57,008 nt of DNA from Eledone cirrhosa (taxonomy: Eukaryota): NCBI GenBank assembly GCA_964016885.1, contig CAXHJY010000537.1:1-57008 (forward strand). Direction: 5' to 3'. How positions within the stretch are numbered: position 1 is the first letter of the stretch; each line of letters opens with the position of its first letter. The notes under the pieces are model-generated. The model saw nothing but the letters and a program-made list of their open reading frames with translations, was not told where the DNA came from and made no database searches. Of this stretch, positions 23,676-35,238 are shown one piece after another. The position numbers and the translations under genes are program-made.

Positions 23676-26040
23676 TTCCTCCTGTCTTTATTTATCTCTT
23701 TCTTTTTTTTTCTTTCTTTCCTCCTGTCTTTATTTATCTCTTTCTTTTTTTTTCTTTCTTTCCTCCTGTCTTTATTTATCTCTTTCTTTTTTTCTCTTTC
23801 TTTCCTCCTGTCTTTATTTATCTCTTTCTTTTTTTTCTTTCTTTCCTCCTGTCTTTATTTATCTCTTTCTTTTTTTTTCTTTCTTTCCTCCTGTTTATTT
23901 ATCTCTTTCTTTTTTTTTCTTTCTTTCCTCCTGTCTTTATTTATCTCTTTCTTTTTTTTTCTTTCTTTCCTCCTGTCTTTATTTATCTCTTTCTTTTTTT
24001 TTCTTTCTTTCCTCCTGTTTATTTATCTTTCTTTTTTTTTCTTTCTTTCCTCCTGTCTTTATTTATCTCTTTCTTTTTTTTTCTTTCTTTCCTCCTGTTT
24101 ATTTATCTCTTTCTTTTTTTTCTTTCTTTCCTCCTGTCTTTATTTATCTCTTTCTTTTTTTTTCTTTCTTTCCTCCTGTCTTTATTTATCTCTTTCTTTT
24201 TTTTTCTTTCTTTCCTCCTGTCTTTATTTATCTTTTTCTTTTTTTTTCTTTCTTTCCTCCTGTCTTTATTTATCTCTTTCTTTTTTTTTCTTTCTTTCCT
24301 CCTATCTTTATTTATCTTTTTCTTTTTTTTTCTTTCTTTCCTCCTGTCTTTATTTATCTCTTTCTTTTTTTTTCTTTCTTTCCTCCTGTCTTTATTTATC
24401 TTTCTTTTTTTTCTTTCTTTCCTCCTGTCTTTATTTATCTCCTTCTTTTTTTTTCTTTCTTTCCTCCTGTCTTTATTTATCTCTTTCTTTTTTTTTCTTT
24501 CTTTCCTCCTGTCTTTATTTATCTCTTTCTTTTTTTTTTCTTTTTTTCCTCCTGTCTTTATTTATCTCTTTCTTTTTTTTTCTTTCTTTCCTCCTGTCTT
24601 TATTTATCTCTTTCTTTTTTTTTCTTTCTTTCCTCCTGTCTTTATTTATCTCTTTCTTTTTTTTTCTTTCTTTCCTCCTGTCTTTATTTATCTTTCTTTT
24701 TTTTCTTTCTTTCCTCCTGTCTTTATTTATCTCTTTCTTTTTTTTTCTTTCTTTCCTCCTGTCTTTATTTATCTCTTTCTTTTTTTTTCTTTTTTTCCTC
24801 CTGTCTTTATTTATCTCTTTCTTTTTTTTTCTTTCTTTCCTCCTGTCTTTATTTATCTCTTTCTTTTTTTTTCTTTCTTTCCTCCTGTCTTTATTTATCT
24901 CTTTCTTTTTTTTTCTTTTTTTCCTCCTGTCTTTATTTATCTCTTTCTTTTTTTTTCTTTTTTTCCTCCTGTCTTTATTTATCTCTTTCTTTTTTTTTCT
25001 TTCTTTCCTCCTGTCTTTATTTATCTCTTTCTTTTTTTTTCTTTCTTTCCTCCTGTCTTTATTTATCTCTTTCTTTTTTTTCTTTCTTTCCTCCTGTCTT
25101 TATTTATCTCTTTCTTTTTTTTTCTTTCTTTCCTCCTGTCTTTATTTATCTCTTTCTTTTTTTTTCTTTCTGTCCTCCTGTCTTTATTTATCTCTTTCTT
25201 TTTTTTTCTTTCTTTCCTCCTGTCTTTATTTATCTCTTTCTTTTTTTTTCTTTCTTTCCTCCTGTCTTTATTTATCTCTTTCTTTTTTTTTCTTTCTTTC
25301 CTCCTGTTTATTTATCTCTTTCTTTTTTTTTCTTTCTTTCCTCCTGTCTTTATTTATCTCTTTCTTTTTTTTTCTTTCTTTCCTCCTGTCTTTATTTATC
25401 TCTTTCTTTTTTTTTCTTTCTTTCCTCCTGTCTTTATTTATCTCTTTCTTTTTTTTTCTTTTTTTCCTCCTGTCTTTATTTATCTCTTTCTTTTTTTTTC
25501 TTTCTTTCCTCCTGTCTTTATTTATCTCTTTCTTTTTTTTTCTTTCTTTCCTCCTGTCTTTATTTATCTCTTTCTTTTTTTTTCTTTTTTTCCTCCTGTC
25601 TTTATTTATCTCTTTCTTTTTTTTCTTTCTTTCCTCCTGTCTTTATTTATCTCTTTCTTTTTTTTTCTTTCTTTCCTCCTGTCTTTATTTATCTCTTTCT
25701 TTTTTTTTCTTTCTTTCCTCCTGTCTTTATTTATCTCTTTCTTTTTTTCTCTTTCTTTCCTCCTGTCTTTATTTATCTCTTTCTTTTTTTCTCTTTCTTT
25801 CCTCCTGTCTTTATTTATCTCTTTCTTTTTTTTTCTTTCTTTCCTCCTGTCTTTATTTATCTCTTTCTTTTTTTTCTTTCTTTCCTCCTGTCTTTATTTA
25901 TCTTTCTTTTTTTTTCTTTCTTTCCTCCTGTCTTTATTTATCTCTTTCTTTTTTTCTCTTTCTTTCCTCCTGTCTTTATTTATCTCTTTCTTTTTTTTTC
26001 TTTCTTTCCTCCTGTCTTTATTTATCTCTTTCTTTTTTCT
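23676..26040. repeat. Polypyrimidine minisatellite, 42-bp unit, ~56 copies
   Basis: Unit CCTCCTGTCTTTATTTATCTCTTTCTTTTTTTTTCTTTCTTT; the 842-aa ORF is its 14-aa periodic translation. Confidence 0.97.
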
Positions 26041-26250
26041 CCATGCATTTCTCTCTCTCCGATATTTCTCCACGTTTTTTCTTTCTCTCTCTCCGTCTTT
26101 TTCTTTCTCTCCGTCTCTTTCTAATTGTCCTTAACACTATGACTTATTAAAATAATATAAACAACTCACTATCCGGATGGCTTCCAAAAATAATGGTTGC
26201 ATTTTTAAAGGGTACGTCAAAACTTATTTGTAAAACTGTTATATATTGTA

Positions 26251-26310
26251 TTTTGTCTGATGAAGGCATACCATAATTTAATTTGGTATCCCTGAAATAT
26301 GTATAATGAA
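26251..26310 (+). ncRNA. Hammerhead-like motif with canonical core and degenerate stem I (Penelope-like relic ~26130-26350)
   Basis: CUGAUGA (26257)-AGGCAUACCA-UAAUUUAAUU-UGGUAUCCCU-GAAA-UAUG-UA. Stem II pairs 9/10; stem I is poorly paired; a pure (TA)n run follows within ~50 bp. Confidence 0.55.
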
Positions 26311-26352
26311 ATAGATATGGTTTTATAAATATAGTTTCCATTTATTAATATC

Positions 26353-26397
<45 letters not shown>

Positions 26398-26399
<2 letters not shown>

Positions 26400-26780
26400 A
26401 TGCTTTGCAGAATAGAGTTATGCCTCTTTACATGAGTTCAAATTCCGCCGAGGTTAGCTTTGCCTTTCATCTTTACGGGATCAATAAAATAAAGTACCAG
26501 TAATGCACTGGTTTCGATTTAATCGAATTTAACCTCCTTCCAAATTAGTGGCCTTGTTCCTAATTCAGAAATTATTAAGGGCGGTGGATTGGCAGTATCA
26601 GTAGAGTGTCAGACGCTATGCTTTGCAGCATAGTTATGGCCCTTTACGTTCTGAGTTCAAATCCTGCCGAGATTTTGTTTGCAATTTATCCCTACGGGGT
26701 CAATAAAATAAAGTACCAGTAATGCACTGGGTCGAGTTAATCGACTTTCCCCTCCTCCAAAATTAGTAGAAATTATTATT
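26398..26780 (+). mobile_element. Two tandem copies of tRNA-derived SINE family 2 (26398-26576, 26577-26780)
   Basis: B-box-like GAGTTCAAAT(T/C)C; shared body CTTTGCCTTTCATC..AATAAAATAAAGTACCAGTAATGCACTGG; (ATT)n tails. Confidence 0.85.
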
Positions 26781-26975
26781 GGTTATGTGTTCTGTACAAT
26801 GAGACTAAACTTATCTTCATACATGTGGTCATATGTTTATGTATATACAGTAATGTCTCGATATTGGTGATTTGTACTGTACTTGACTGGTACTTTCTTT
26901 TATCTACCTCGAATGGATGAAATGCATACATACATACATACATATATACATACATATATACATATACACATACAT

Positions 26976-27583
26976 GGTGGCTGCCAACTCGTTTTCGAGT
27001 ACGGCCACTACTTTATATCCATGTAGGAGAACTCCTACCGATGCGCTGAACGAGTGTGACTTTTTAGTCCAGCCAGCGACTTGAAAACTCTGGTACAAAC
27101 ACTACACTTGTGACAATTATTGACACATAGTGCTGGGCCGATGGTACCATGTGACGACAAGTGCAGAGAGATCTCCAGATATAAAGCAATGCCTGTGCCG
27201 TGAAGCTTTTATAGTGAGCAAAGGCACTGCACGAAGCCAGTCCCACTCTCTTAACCAAGATGATATTTACCAAAAAGAAGAACAAGTCAACATCATTGGA
27301 TACCATCAGAGTTGCAGGTGTTATATCAGAGTTTTCCTTCTCCTAGAATTCTGCCTTGACAAAGGCTAAGGGGTCATCTCTCCCAGTGATTTTGGATGGC
27401 CATTGACTCTTAAGAGCTTCTTTGCCCTTTGACAGGTTTTGTTTTTAGTCCTGCAGGATGTCCAAAGCCACCCTCCTCACCAAGAAACCTTAGTGGGGTT
27501 GCCAGTTTAGTCGGCAACGACCCGACCATGAGACAGGTTGTTCTGGGATACATGTTACCAGTAGCACCAACTGGTGACCTGAC
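26976..27583 (-). mobile_element. Short non-autonomous RTE-derived element, copy A (longest, ~610 bp)
   Basis: Minus strand: RTE-5'UTR-like CTAGGAGAAGGAAAACTCTGA motif joined to a C2H2 finger ([22 protein letters not shown]), a 3' stem-loop and an (ATGT)n-type tail; no RT or endonuclease. Confidence 0.75.
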
Positions 27584-27640
27584 ATACACATATACATATA
27601 TACATACATACATATATATATACATACATACATATATATA

Positions 27641-28176
27641 TGGTGGCTGCCAACTCGTTTTCGAGTACGGCCAATACTTTATATCCATCTAGGAGAACCC
27701 CTACCGATGCGCTGAACGAATATGACTGGGCCCATTGTATCATCTGACGACAAGTGCAGAGAGATCTCCAGATACAAAGCAATGCCTGTGCCGTGAAGCT
27801 TTTATAGTGATCAAAGGCACTGCACAAAGCCAGTCCCACTCTCTTAACCAAGATGATATTTACCAAAAAGAAGAACAAGTCAACATCATTGGATACCATC
27901 AGGGTTGCAGGTGTTATATCAGAGTTTTCCTTCTCCTAGAATTCTGCCTTGACAAAGGCTAAGGGGTCATCTCTCCCGGTGATTTTGGATGGCCATTGAC
28001 TCTTAAGAGCTCCTTTGCCCTTTGACAGGTTTTGTTTTTAGTCCTGCAGGATGTCCAAAGTCACCCTCCTCACCAAGAAACCTTGGTGGGGTTGCCAGTT
28101 TAGTCGCCAACGACCCGACCATGAGACAGGTTGTACTGGGATACATGTTACCAGTAGCACCAACTGGTGACCTGAC
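27641..28176 (-). mobile_element. Same element, copy B (~75-bp internal deletion)
   Basis: Highly similar to copy A; followed on the + strand by pure (TACA)n at 28177-28262. Confidence 0.8.
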
Positions 28177-28231
28177 ACATACATACATACATACATACAT
28201 ACATACATACATACATACATACATACATACA

Positions 28232-28262
<31 letters not shown>

Positions 28263-28264
<2 letters not shown>

Positions 28265-28668
28265 GATGGCTGCCTCCTCGTTATCGAGTATGGCCATTGC
28301 ACGATGTACCATTGTTAATAATTATTAATTAATTCTATCGTGCAATGCCTGTGCGTCAAGATATTTTTAAAGTGAGGAAAGACTGTGCACTGAACGAATC
28401 CCACTCTCTGAGCGAGAGTAGCTATAACTCGAAAAGAAGAAAAGATCAAAATCGTCGTTAACTACTGAGACGCAGGTTTTATATCGGTGTTATCCCAGTT
28501 TCCTGAGTTACCTTCTCCTAGAATAATGCCCTGTCATGCAGGGTGTCCAAAATCACCCTCCTCCCCAAGTAATCTTGGTGGGGTTGCCGGTTTAGTCGCC
28601 GTCGCCCCGACCATGCGACCGTTTGTACTGGGTTACATGTTACCAGTTGTACTAAAGATTGACCCGAC
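28263..28668 (-). mobile_element. Same element, diverged copy C
   Basis: Colinear with copy A at both ends (ATGATGGCTGCC.. / ..GACCCGAC), with many substitutions and deletions. Confidence 0.75.
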
Positions 28669-28684
28669 ATACATACATACATAC

Positions 28685-29237
28685 ATGGCAGCTGACAACT
28701 CGTTTTCGAGTACGGCCACTACTTTATATCCATGTAGGAGAACCCCTACCGATGCGCTGAACGAGTGTGACATTTTAGTCCAGCCAGCGACTTGAAAACT
28801 CTGGTACAAACACTACACTTGTGACAATTATTGACACATGGTGCTGGGCCCATGGTACAATGTGACAAGTGCAGAGAATCTCCAGATATAAAGCAATGCC
28901 TGTGCTGTGAAGCTTTTATAGTGAGCAAAGGCACTGTACAAAGCCAGTCCCACTCTCTTAACCAAGATGATATTTACCAAAAAGAAGAACAAGTCAACAT
29001 CATTGGATACCATCAGAGTTGCAGGTGTTATATCAGTTTTCCTTCTAGAATTTCTCCTTGACAAAGGCTAAGGGGTCATCTCTCCCGGTGATTTTGGACG
29101 GCCATTGACTCTTAAGAGCTCCTTTTCCTTTTGACAGATTTTGTTTTTAGTCCTGCAAGATGTCCAAAGTCACCCTCCTCACCAAGAAACCTTGGTGGGG
29201 TTGCCATTTTAGTCTCCAACGACCCGACCATGAGACA
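28685..29237 (-). mobile_element. Same element, copy D (5'-truncated by ~45 bp)
   Basis: Highly similar to copy A; ORF 28746-28934 shows [26 protein letters not shown]. Confidence 0.8.
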
Positions 29238-29257
29238 TACATCCATGCATGCATGCA

Positions 29258-29513
29258 TGAGAAGATTGCAGCGTCTATAGAGACGATTGCCGTCTTCTAT
29301 TGATTCTTCATTGTCATCCCATCTACGTCCATGACTTCGTAGGCCAGCTGTAGATTTACATGGTTTACGACACAGGTGACAGAAAAGAGTGGCAGTTTCC
29401 ACAGGACGGGTGGTGTCACTCTTTGGGACACAATCTTTATGTACCACCATGTGTTTCTTTAGTCCAGAACTAGTTCTACACAATTTGTTGCATATCACGC
29501 ACGTTGTTTCGCC
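29258..29513 (-). mobile_element. 3' end of a second RTE-like LINE family with two C2H2-type fingers and an (ATGC)n tail
   Basis: CVICNKLCRTSSGLKKHMVVH...CHLCRKPCKSTAGLRSH; terminal stem-loop at 29261-29297; flanked by CATG/TACA repeats. Confidence 0.7.
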
Positions 29514-29696
29514 ATACATACATACATGGTCTCGTAGCTACTGAGGGAATCGCTGGAGGAACCGTATACAGCGTTTTTAAGGTATTTTAAAATCTGGCAG
29601 AGCCCATCTCTTCTCCAGGCCTGCATACAGCATATTTATTCCAGAGACGAATAGAGAGTTTGAGCGAAAGGACACGAGGAAGAGATATAGAGGAAT

Positions 29697-29837
29697 ATCG
29701 ACCACAGTACTTGACTGGTATGTTTTATCGACCTCGAATGGGTGAAAGGTAAAGTTGACCTCGGCGGGATTTGAATTCAGAGAGCAGTGAGCAGAAATGT
29801 ATTTGGCGTTCTAACAACTCTGTCAACTCACCGCCTT
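29697..29837 (-). mobile_element. SINE family 2 copy
   Basis: Reverse complement begins AAGGCGGTGAGTTGACAGA and contains GAATTCAAATCCCGCCGAGGTCAACTTTACCTTTCA. Confidence 0.8.
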
Positions 29838-30300
29838 GTAGACTGTTTATTTAGCTTAAATAAACAATGTATGCTGGTGGCCATTTTAATACGTCCAATA
29901 TTGGGGGGTTTAAGATAACTCTTATACTTTATCGTTTCAACTGACTGTTGAGGTTTTCTATGTTTGTAATAGCATAAATATTTCCTCTAGTATATGTACT
30001 GATACAGAAAGAAAACATTGTTTATGGTTATACAGAGGGGGAAAGAGAGAGAGATACATGTTTGTATATATATATATGTATCATTTTAACCTGTTAGCTT
30101 TTTCGTTGCTTTGGTATTGTGTGTTAGGTTTTGCGCTACCACAATGTTCAATTTGTCAAGCTATTTAAATGTACGTTATTACTCTAAGGACCTACCCTTA
30201 CTGAGTGCTTTGCTAACTCATTCATATTGTAGGACGACTTTGCCTGTTCACAGCCAAGGATTGGATTTGACTAAGCCTCCACTTGTATATATATGTATGT

Positions 30301-30538
30301 GCACGCACGCACGCACGCACACTCACTCACTCACTCACTCACTCACTCGCTCACTCACTCACTCACTCACTCACTCACTCACTCACTCACTCACTCACTC
30401 ACTCACTCACTCACTCACTCACTCACTCACTCACTCACTCACTCACTCACTCACTCACTCACTCACTCACTCACTCACTCACTCACTCACTCACTCACTC
30501 ACTCACTCACTCACTCACTCACTCACTCACTCACTCAC
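30301..30538. repeat. (GCAC)n then (CACT)n microsatellite
   Basis: Direct inspection; source of the SLTH ORFs. Confidence 0.98.
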
Positions 30539-32980
30539 GGGCCGTTCTGCATAGAGTAAATATTGTTTCTTTAAGTTTTTACCAATTGCTGTCTTTTCAG
30601 GGGTGGCGGTCTTGATTGGATTGTCGTGTAGTTTGGTCAAGTGATGGACTGGATGAATTTCTGTGTGTATTATGGGGGTTCTGATTGCTGATTGTGTATA
30701 TGGGTATGTGTGTGAGAGAGAATGTGTGTGTGTGCACATAATAAACCAACGGCTACTAAGAGTGAAATACTTCAGGAGTTTTTGTTGGAACAACGTTTTC
30801 CATTCGTTTCTCTTTTCTCAACGAACAACAAACGCCAACCCCGACCAATCCCTTACACATTTCATTGGAAAAGTTGGAACAGTATTCTACTTTTCTTCAC
30901 TGTGACATTTGGCATATATTGGTAGTTTTAGAGAAAACACCAGTCACAGGTGCTGTTGGCAATTATATAGAATTTGAGTAGGAAAACATTGTGAATAGAG
31001 AGTTTGGCTGTTATGCAATATCATATTTGTCACACTATCTCTTGTACATGCTCTTCTCCAGAGAAGAAGCTTCAGTTTTGTATTAAAACACTCGCACTGT
31101 TTGCAACACATGGAGTAAGCGGTACAGGCTACATAGGAAATACTTTGACACAACAAACTTCTTTCTAATAGTACAGCATGAATGTTTTCAAAGAAATAAA
31201 ACTAAAATAATTTTATTATATCTGAACAAATGAGAAATTGGCATGGTATCTAGTGTAATCTGATCAATGCCGTATGCCGCTTTCATTATAATGCTATTTA
31301 TAGAGTTCCTGATCATCGTATCAAGGTTTTGATCGCTAAAGCAATAAAGATATCTTATAGAAATGAATTTATATAAACAGTAATGTGGTTTGGAGAAGTG
31401 AAAGTGATTCATACAAATAAAGATTCCTGAATGATTTTGAGTCCGATTTGACCACCATTTTCTGCTAATACCATTTGTTAAAGATAGAATATAACAAACT
31501 CCATTATTTTTCATCTCAAAGTATCATTAATGTCTTCTCTGTGATAAAAAGAACATTTCAAAGGAGAACCAAACATGATGAATATTGTAAATAAATCGGC
31601 GAGCGAAACGTTACCAAAATATATAGAAATATTAATCTAAATAGGTTTCATAGTTCATTTCACCATTATCTTGCCAGCACATGAAAGGAATCGCCATACG
31701 AACAAAAAGGATGATATCAGAGAACAATAAGATATCGGGTTTTCACTAAGAACAAATATATTTTTCGTTTTGTGTAAGGCGTATAATAGCATTGATCAAG
31801 CTAAGTATAACATTTAATATATATATATATGGAGACACTGTGGCATCGAATGACGCAATAAGGTGAAATGTAATTGGACATTTTCTACATAATTATGAAT
31901 ATTCATGTAGAGTTTAGGGAATCTATTATTTTGACCATGACTTACACTATTTTAATATCGCTAACATTGATTTTCGTCTTTGCATAGATGTACACATACA
32001 ATTTTAGATTTACCGAACAGCTACCAGACTGCCAACATCCCCAAAAGTATTTAATAACGTAGAGTGAATAATGGTGCAATCGTAGAAATTGTATATTTGG
32101 CATCATATAACGATGAGGCACGCTACTTAAATCGATTTTGTTAGATTATACGAAGGAAAACTATTTGCTGTATTAATTTAGTTTGGTTAAGCATTATCCT
32201 CATACGTAAACTTAAATAGCTGCAACTTGGATAAGAACATTTGTACAATGTATCTTCACATTGATACGACCTTCAACGGAAAGAAACTTTTATTACTACA
32301 ACACGTTTATATTATTATATTTTTTTATTCAAAATTAATTAACAATAATGCACATATAAAATTATTCACGAAATTTCACTTAATTTTTCTTAATTTTACA
32401 CTGGAATTATATATGAAATAAAAAACACATTAAATTAAATAATAACGTACAAAATCCCGTATATTTACACAAATTGAGCTTACAAATATACAACGTTATT
32501 TTATAATTCGTTCTACATTATCCGAGCAATTATTTTTGAAAATATATCTAAAGGTCTCTTACATAGTTTCGTTTAAAGATGTCTCTTATATTTGGTCTTC
32601 ATCATTAGCAAATACGTCATCATTCAACCCTCCCTCTCTCCCTCTCTCCCTCTCTCCCCCCATCCCCTACCCCCTTCCCCATACCCCCCCTCTCTCTCTC
32701 TCTCTCTCTCTCAGAATTCGTCAAATCGGGCCAAAGTCACAATGTTTCCTTTAGTCTTTCTATTGTTGAGACTATCTACTGGTTCCTTAAATCAGCCTCA
32801 GACATATGCAGGAATTTGTTTAATATTCTGGGATCTTTGAATACATGTCAGTCAGGATACGGAGAAAAGGAAGGAACACATAAACATAGATAATATAATC
32901 TTAGTTAATCTTTGCGCAATATGTACTTAAAAGTGCACAATTATTTAAGCCGTAGTCAGTTTTAATAAAACAAACTATCA

Positions 32981-33505
32981 GTGTGTGTGTGTAAGAGTGT
33001 TTATTTGTGCATGTGGGTGTATGCGTATGTGTCTTTATGTACATGTTTTTATGGGTGCATTTGTGTGCGTGTGTTTATGAGTTCGTGTGTGTACGCGTGT
33101 GTGTGTGTGTTTGTGTGTGTATGTGTGCATATGTGTATAATGGACAGAATGAATGAATGTGTATGAGTGCATGTGTGTGTATTTGTGCACATATGTGTAT
33201 GTGTGCGTGTGTTTATGTGTTCGTGTGTGTGTGTATGTGTTCATGTGTGTGTATGTGTAAGGGACAAGTGAATCAATGTGTATGCTAAAAAGAACAGATT
33301 GTTCAGTAGATACAGTTTTAGCTACGAAAGACGTGTCTAACGTGTGTTTCCCAGTCTCAAAATCTCTGTAGCTTGCTGCTGGTGCTGGTGCTGCTGCTGC
33401 TGCTGCTGCTGCTGCTTTTTGTTTTTTCTTCTTTTTCTTCTTTTTCTTTTTCTGTTTTTTTCTTCTTTTTCTGTTTCTTTTTCTTCTTTTTCTGTTTCTT
33501 TTTCT
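32981..33505. repeat. GT-rich low-complexity tract, (GCT)n run and T/C-rich run
   Basis: Direct inspection. Confidence 0.85.
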
Positions 33506-33683
33506 TCCCGTATCTGTATTTATTTGATTAAACGAAAGATGATCAGATTAGATTAATCATCCAAATACATGTAATAACTAAAGTTATATGATCCCAGATC
33601 AACGCTCATCATAAAGAGAGATGGGAGAAAGCCTTTTAGTTGTAGCCATCTTGTTTTCAGGTTTATGTACGATTATGTAATAT

Positions 33684-33837
33684 AGGCGGCGAATTGGCAG
33701 TCATGAAAACGTCGGCTAGAGTGACTTGGCGTATTTGTTTCCGCTCTCTGCTCTCTTGGGTTCAAATCCCACCGAAGTAAACTTTGCTTTTCATCTTTTC
33801 CGATAAAATAAGTACCATCTTAGTACTGGGGTCGATT
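33684..33837 (+). mobile_element. SINE family 2 copy
   Basis: AGGCGGCGAATTGGCAG start, GGGTTCAAATCCC B box, family body. Confidence 0.8.
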
Positions 33838-33944
33838 CTTCTTTTATATCTTTTTCTCACTTCCATTCTCTCACTTTCTATCCTTCTCTGGGATAAATTT
33901 GCTGTATTCAGACCTGAAGAGGGAATGAGCTCCGCCAGCTTTAA

Positions 33945-34136
33945 AATAATTCTTTCTGATTTTGGTACAAGACCAGCTATTACTCAGTGTATTACTGGTA
34001 CTTTATTTTATCGACCTCGTAAGGATGAAAGACAAAGTTAACCTCGGTGGGATTTGAACTTAGATCATATAGGGGCGTAACTCTATGCTGCAAAGCATGG
34101 CGTCCGACCCTCTATCGATACTGCCAATCCACCGCC
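33945..34136 (-). mobile_element. SINE family 2 copy, tail-to-tail with the previous one
   Basis: Reverse complement begins GGCGGTGGATTGGCAGTATC like the copy at 26581; B box GTTCAAATCCC. Confidence 0.85.
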
Positions 34137-35032
34137 AGGTTAATACGGTGCCACTACTTCTCCTCCAGGGGCTACAGGACCATCAACGCATGCATGTAAT
34201 ATATTAACCATTGATTGAACACGCGACTGTGGGATTTGAGGGGTATTTGACTGCGATTTATTGCAGCTCTTGCAATTGTTCATGCAGGGACTCTCGTTGG
34301 CTCGCCTCAATTGAAGTAATTTCATATAACACGAATGCACAACGAAAATTAAGTTTCAGTGAAATACTTCATTTAGAACGAAATTATAGTCTTAAGCGCG
34401 TTTTGTTTCTAGGATTTGATTGCTGCTACTATGTTCATCCATACATGATTGATTAAATTTAGCTGAACATGTTATTCTGGTTTCAATTTGTCTTTGGGTC
34501 ATATTTTCCTTAGAATTTATTAGACGTGATTCAAAAGTGAATTGAAATAACAAAAGGTTTTGTTTTTCTTATCATTTGAATTTCGCTCTCCTAATTGTGA
34601 GAATAAGAAAATTCTTTGTAGTTGATTTTTGTCCGTTATCAGTTTCAATATTTTCTCTTCTATTTTTCCTTATCTCATTATATTACTCCTGTTATACACA
34701 ACAACTTTAACAGAATTCATTTTCAATCTTTGTGTAACGTTTGAAAACGGTAATTGAAAGAAAGAATAACCAACAGAAGAAAAATGTTTTTTAATTAAAT
34801 TTTCCCCTCAAATATTCATTATTATGACAAGAAAATAATAGAAATCCTGTTGAGAAAAGAGAGTGTATCTTCAGAATGTCTTTAAGAATTAAGCTGAGGT
34901 CATGATCAAGAAAAAAGCAGCCATTTTAATTTTTATTTTAGCATTTTTATAAATGAGGTTTCAAGCAATATATAATGTGTTTTTCAATTGTTCAATTGAA
35001 TTCTAGAAATCCAGAAATATTCTATAATGTTT

Positions 35033-35238
35033 GAGTCCCTATATTATGGTGTGTGCGACCCCCCAAGGCGCCTCCTCCCTATTGAGGATTTTGTTATAAC
35101 ATTTATTTTGTTATATTTTATTTTATATCTTGTTATTGCCTCCTCCTTATTGAGGACGCCTTTTCATGTAAACTCCCCCATTGTACTTGTCCCACTTTTT
35201 GATGCCCTGGTGGCAAATAAAAAGAAAATTATATTATT
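35033..35238 (+). mobile_element. Possible LINE 3'UTR fragment
   Basis: Ends in AATAAAAAGAAAATTATATTATT and has an internal direct repeat GCCTCCTCC(C/T)TATTGAGGA; family not identifiable. Confidence 0.3.

Noticed and set aside
23596-26124. 842-aa ORF as a membrane protein
   Set aside because: It is the 14-aa periodic translation of a 42-bp minisatellite and switches between unit frames at indels.
29112-29519. Host C2H2 zinc-finger gene (a family expanded in octopus)
   Set aside because: No TGEKP linkers; it ends in a stem-loop and microsatellite tail and sits in a retroelement stack, so it fits a LINE C-terminus better.
31515-31636. Minus-strand peptide NISIYFGNVSLADLFTIFIMF resembling class A GPCR TM2
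   Set aside because: It is bounded by stops, no TM3 DRY or other helices follow in the frames I read, and there is no splice evidence. A translated search of 30.7-31.8 kb would be decisive.
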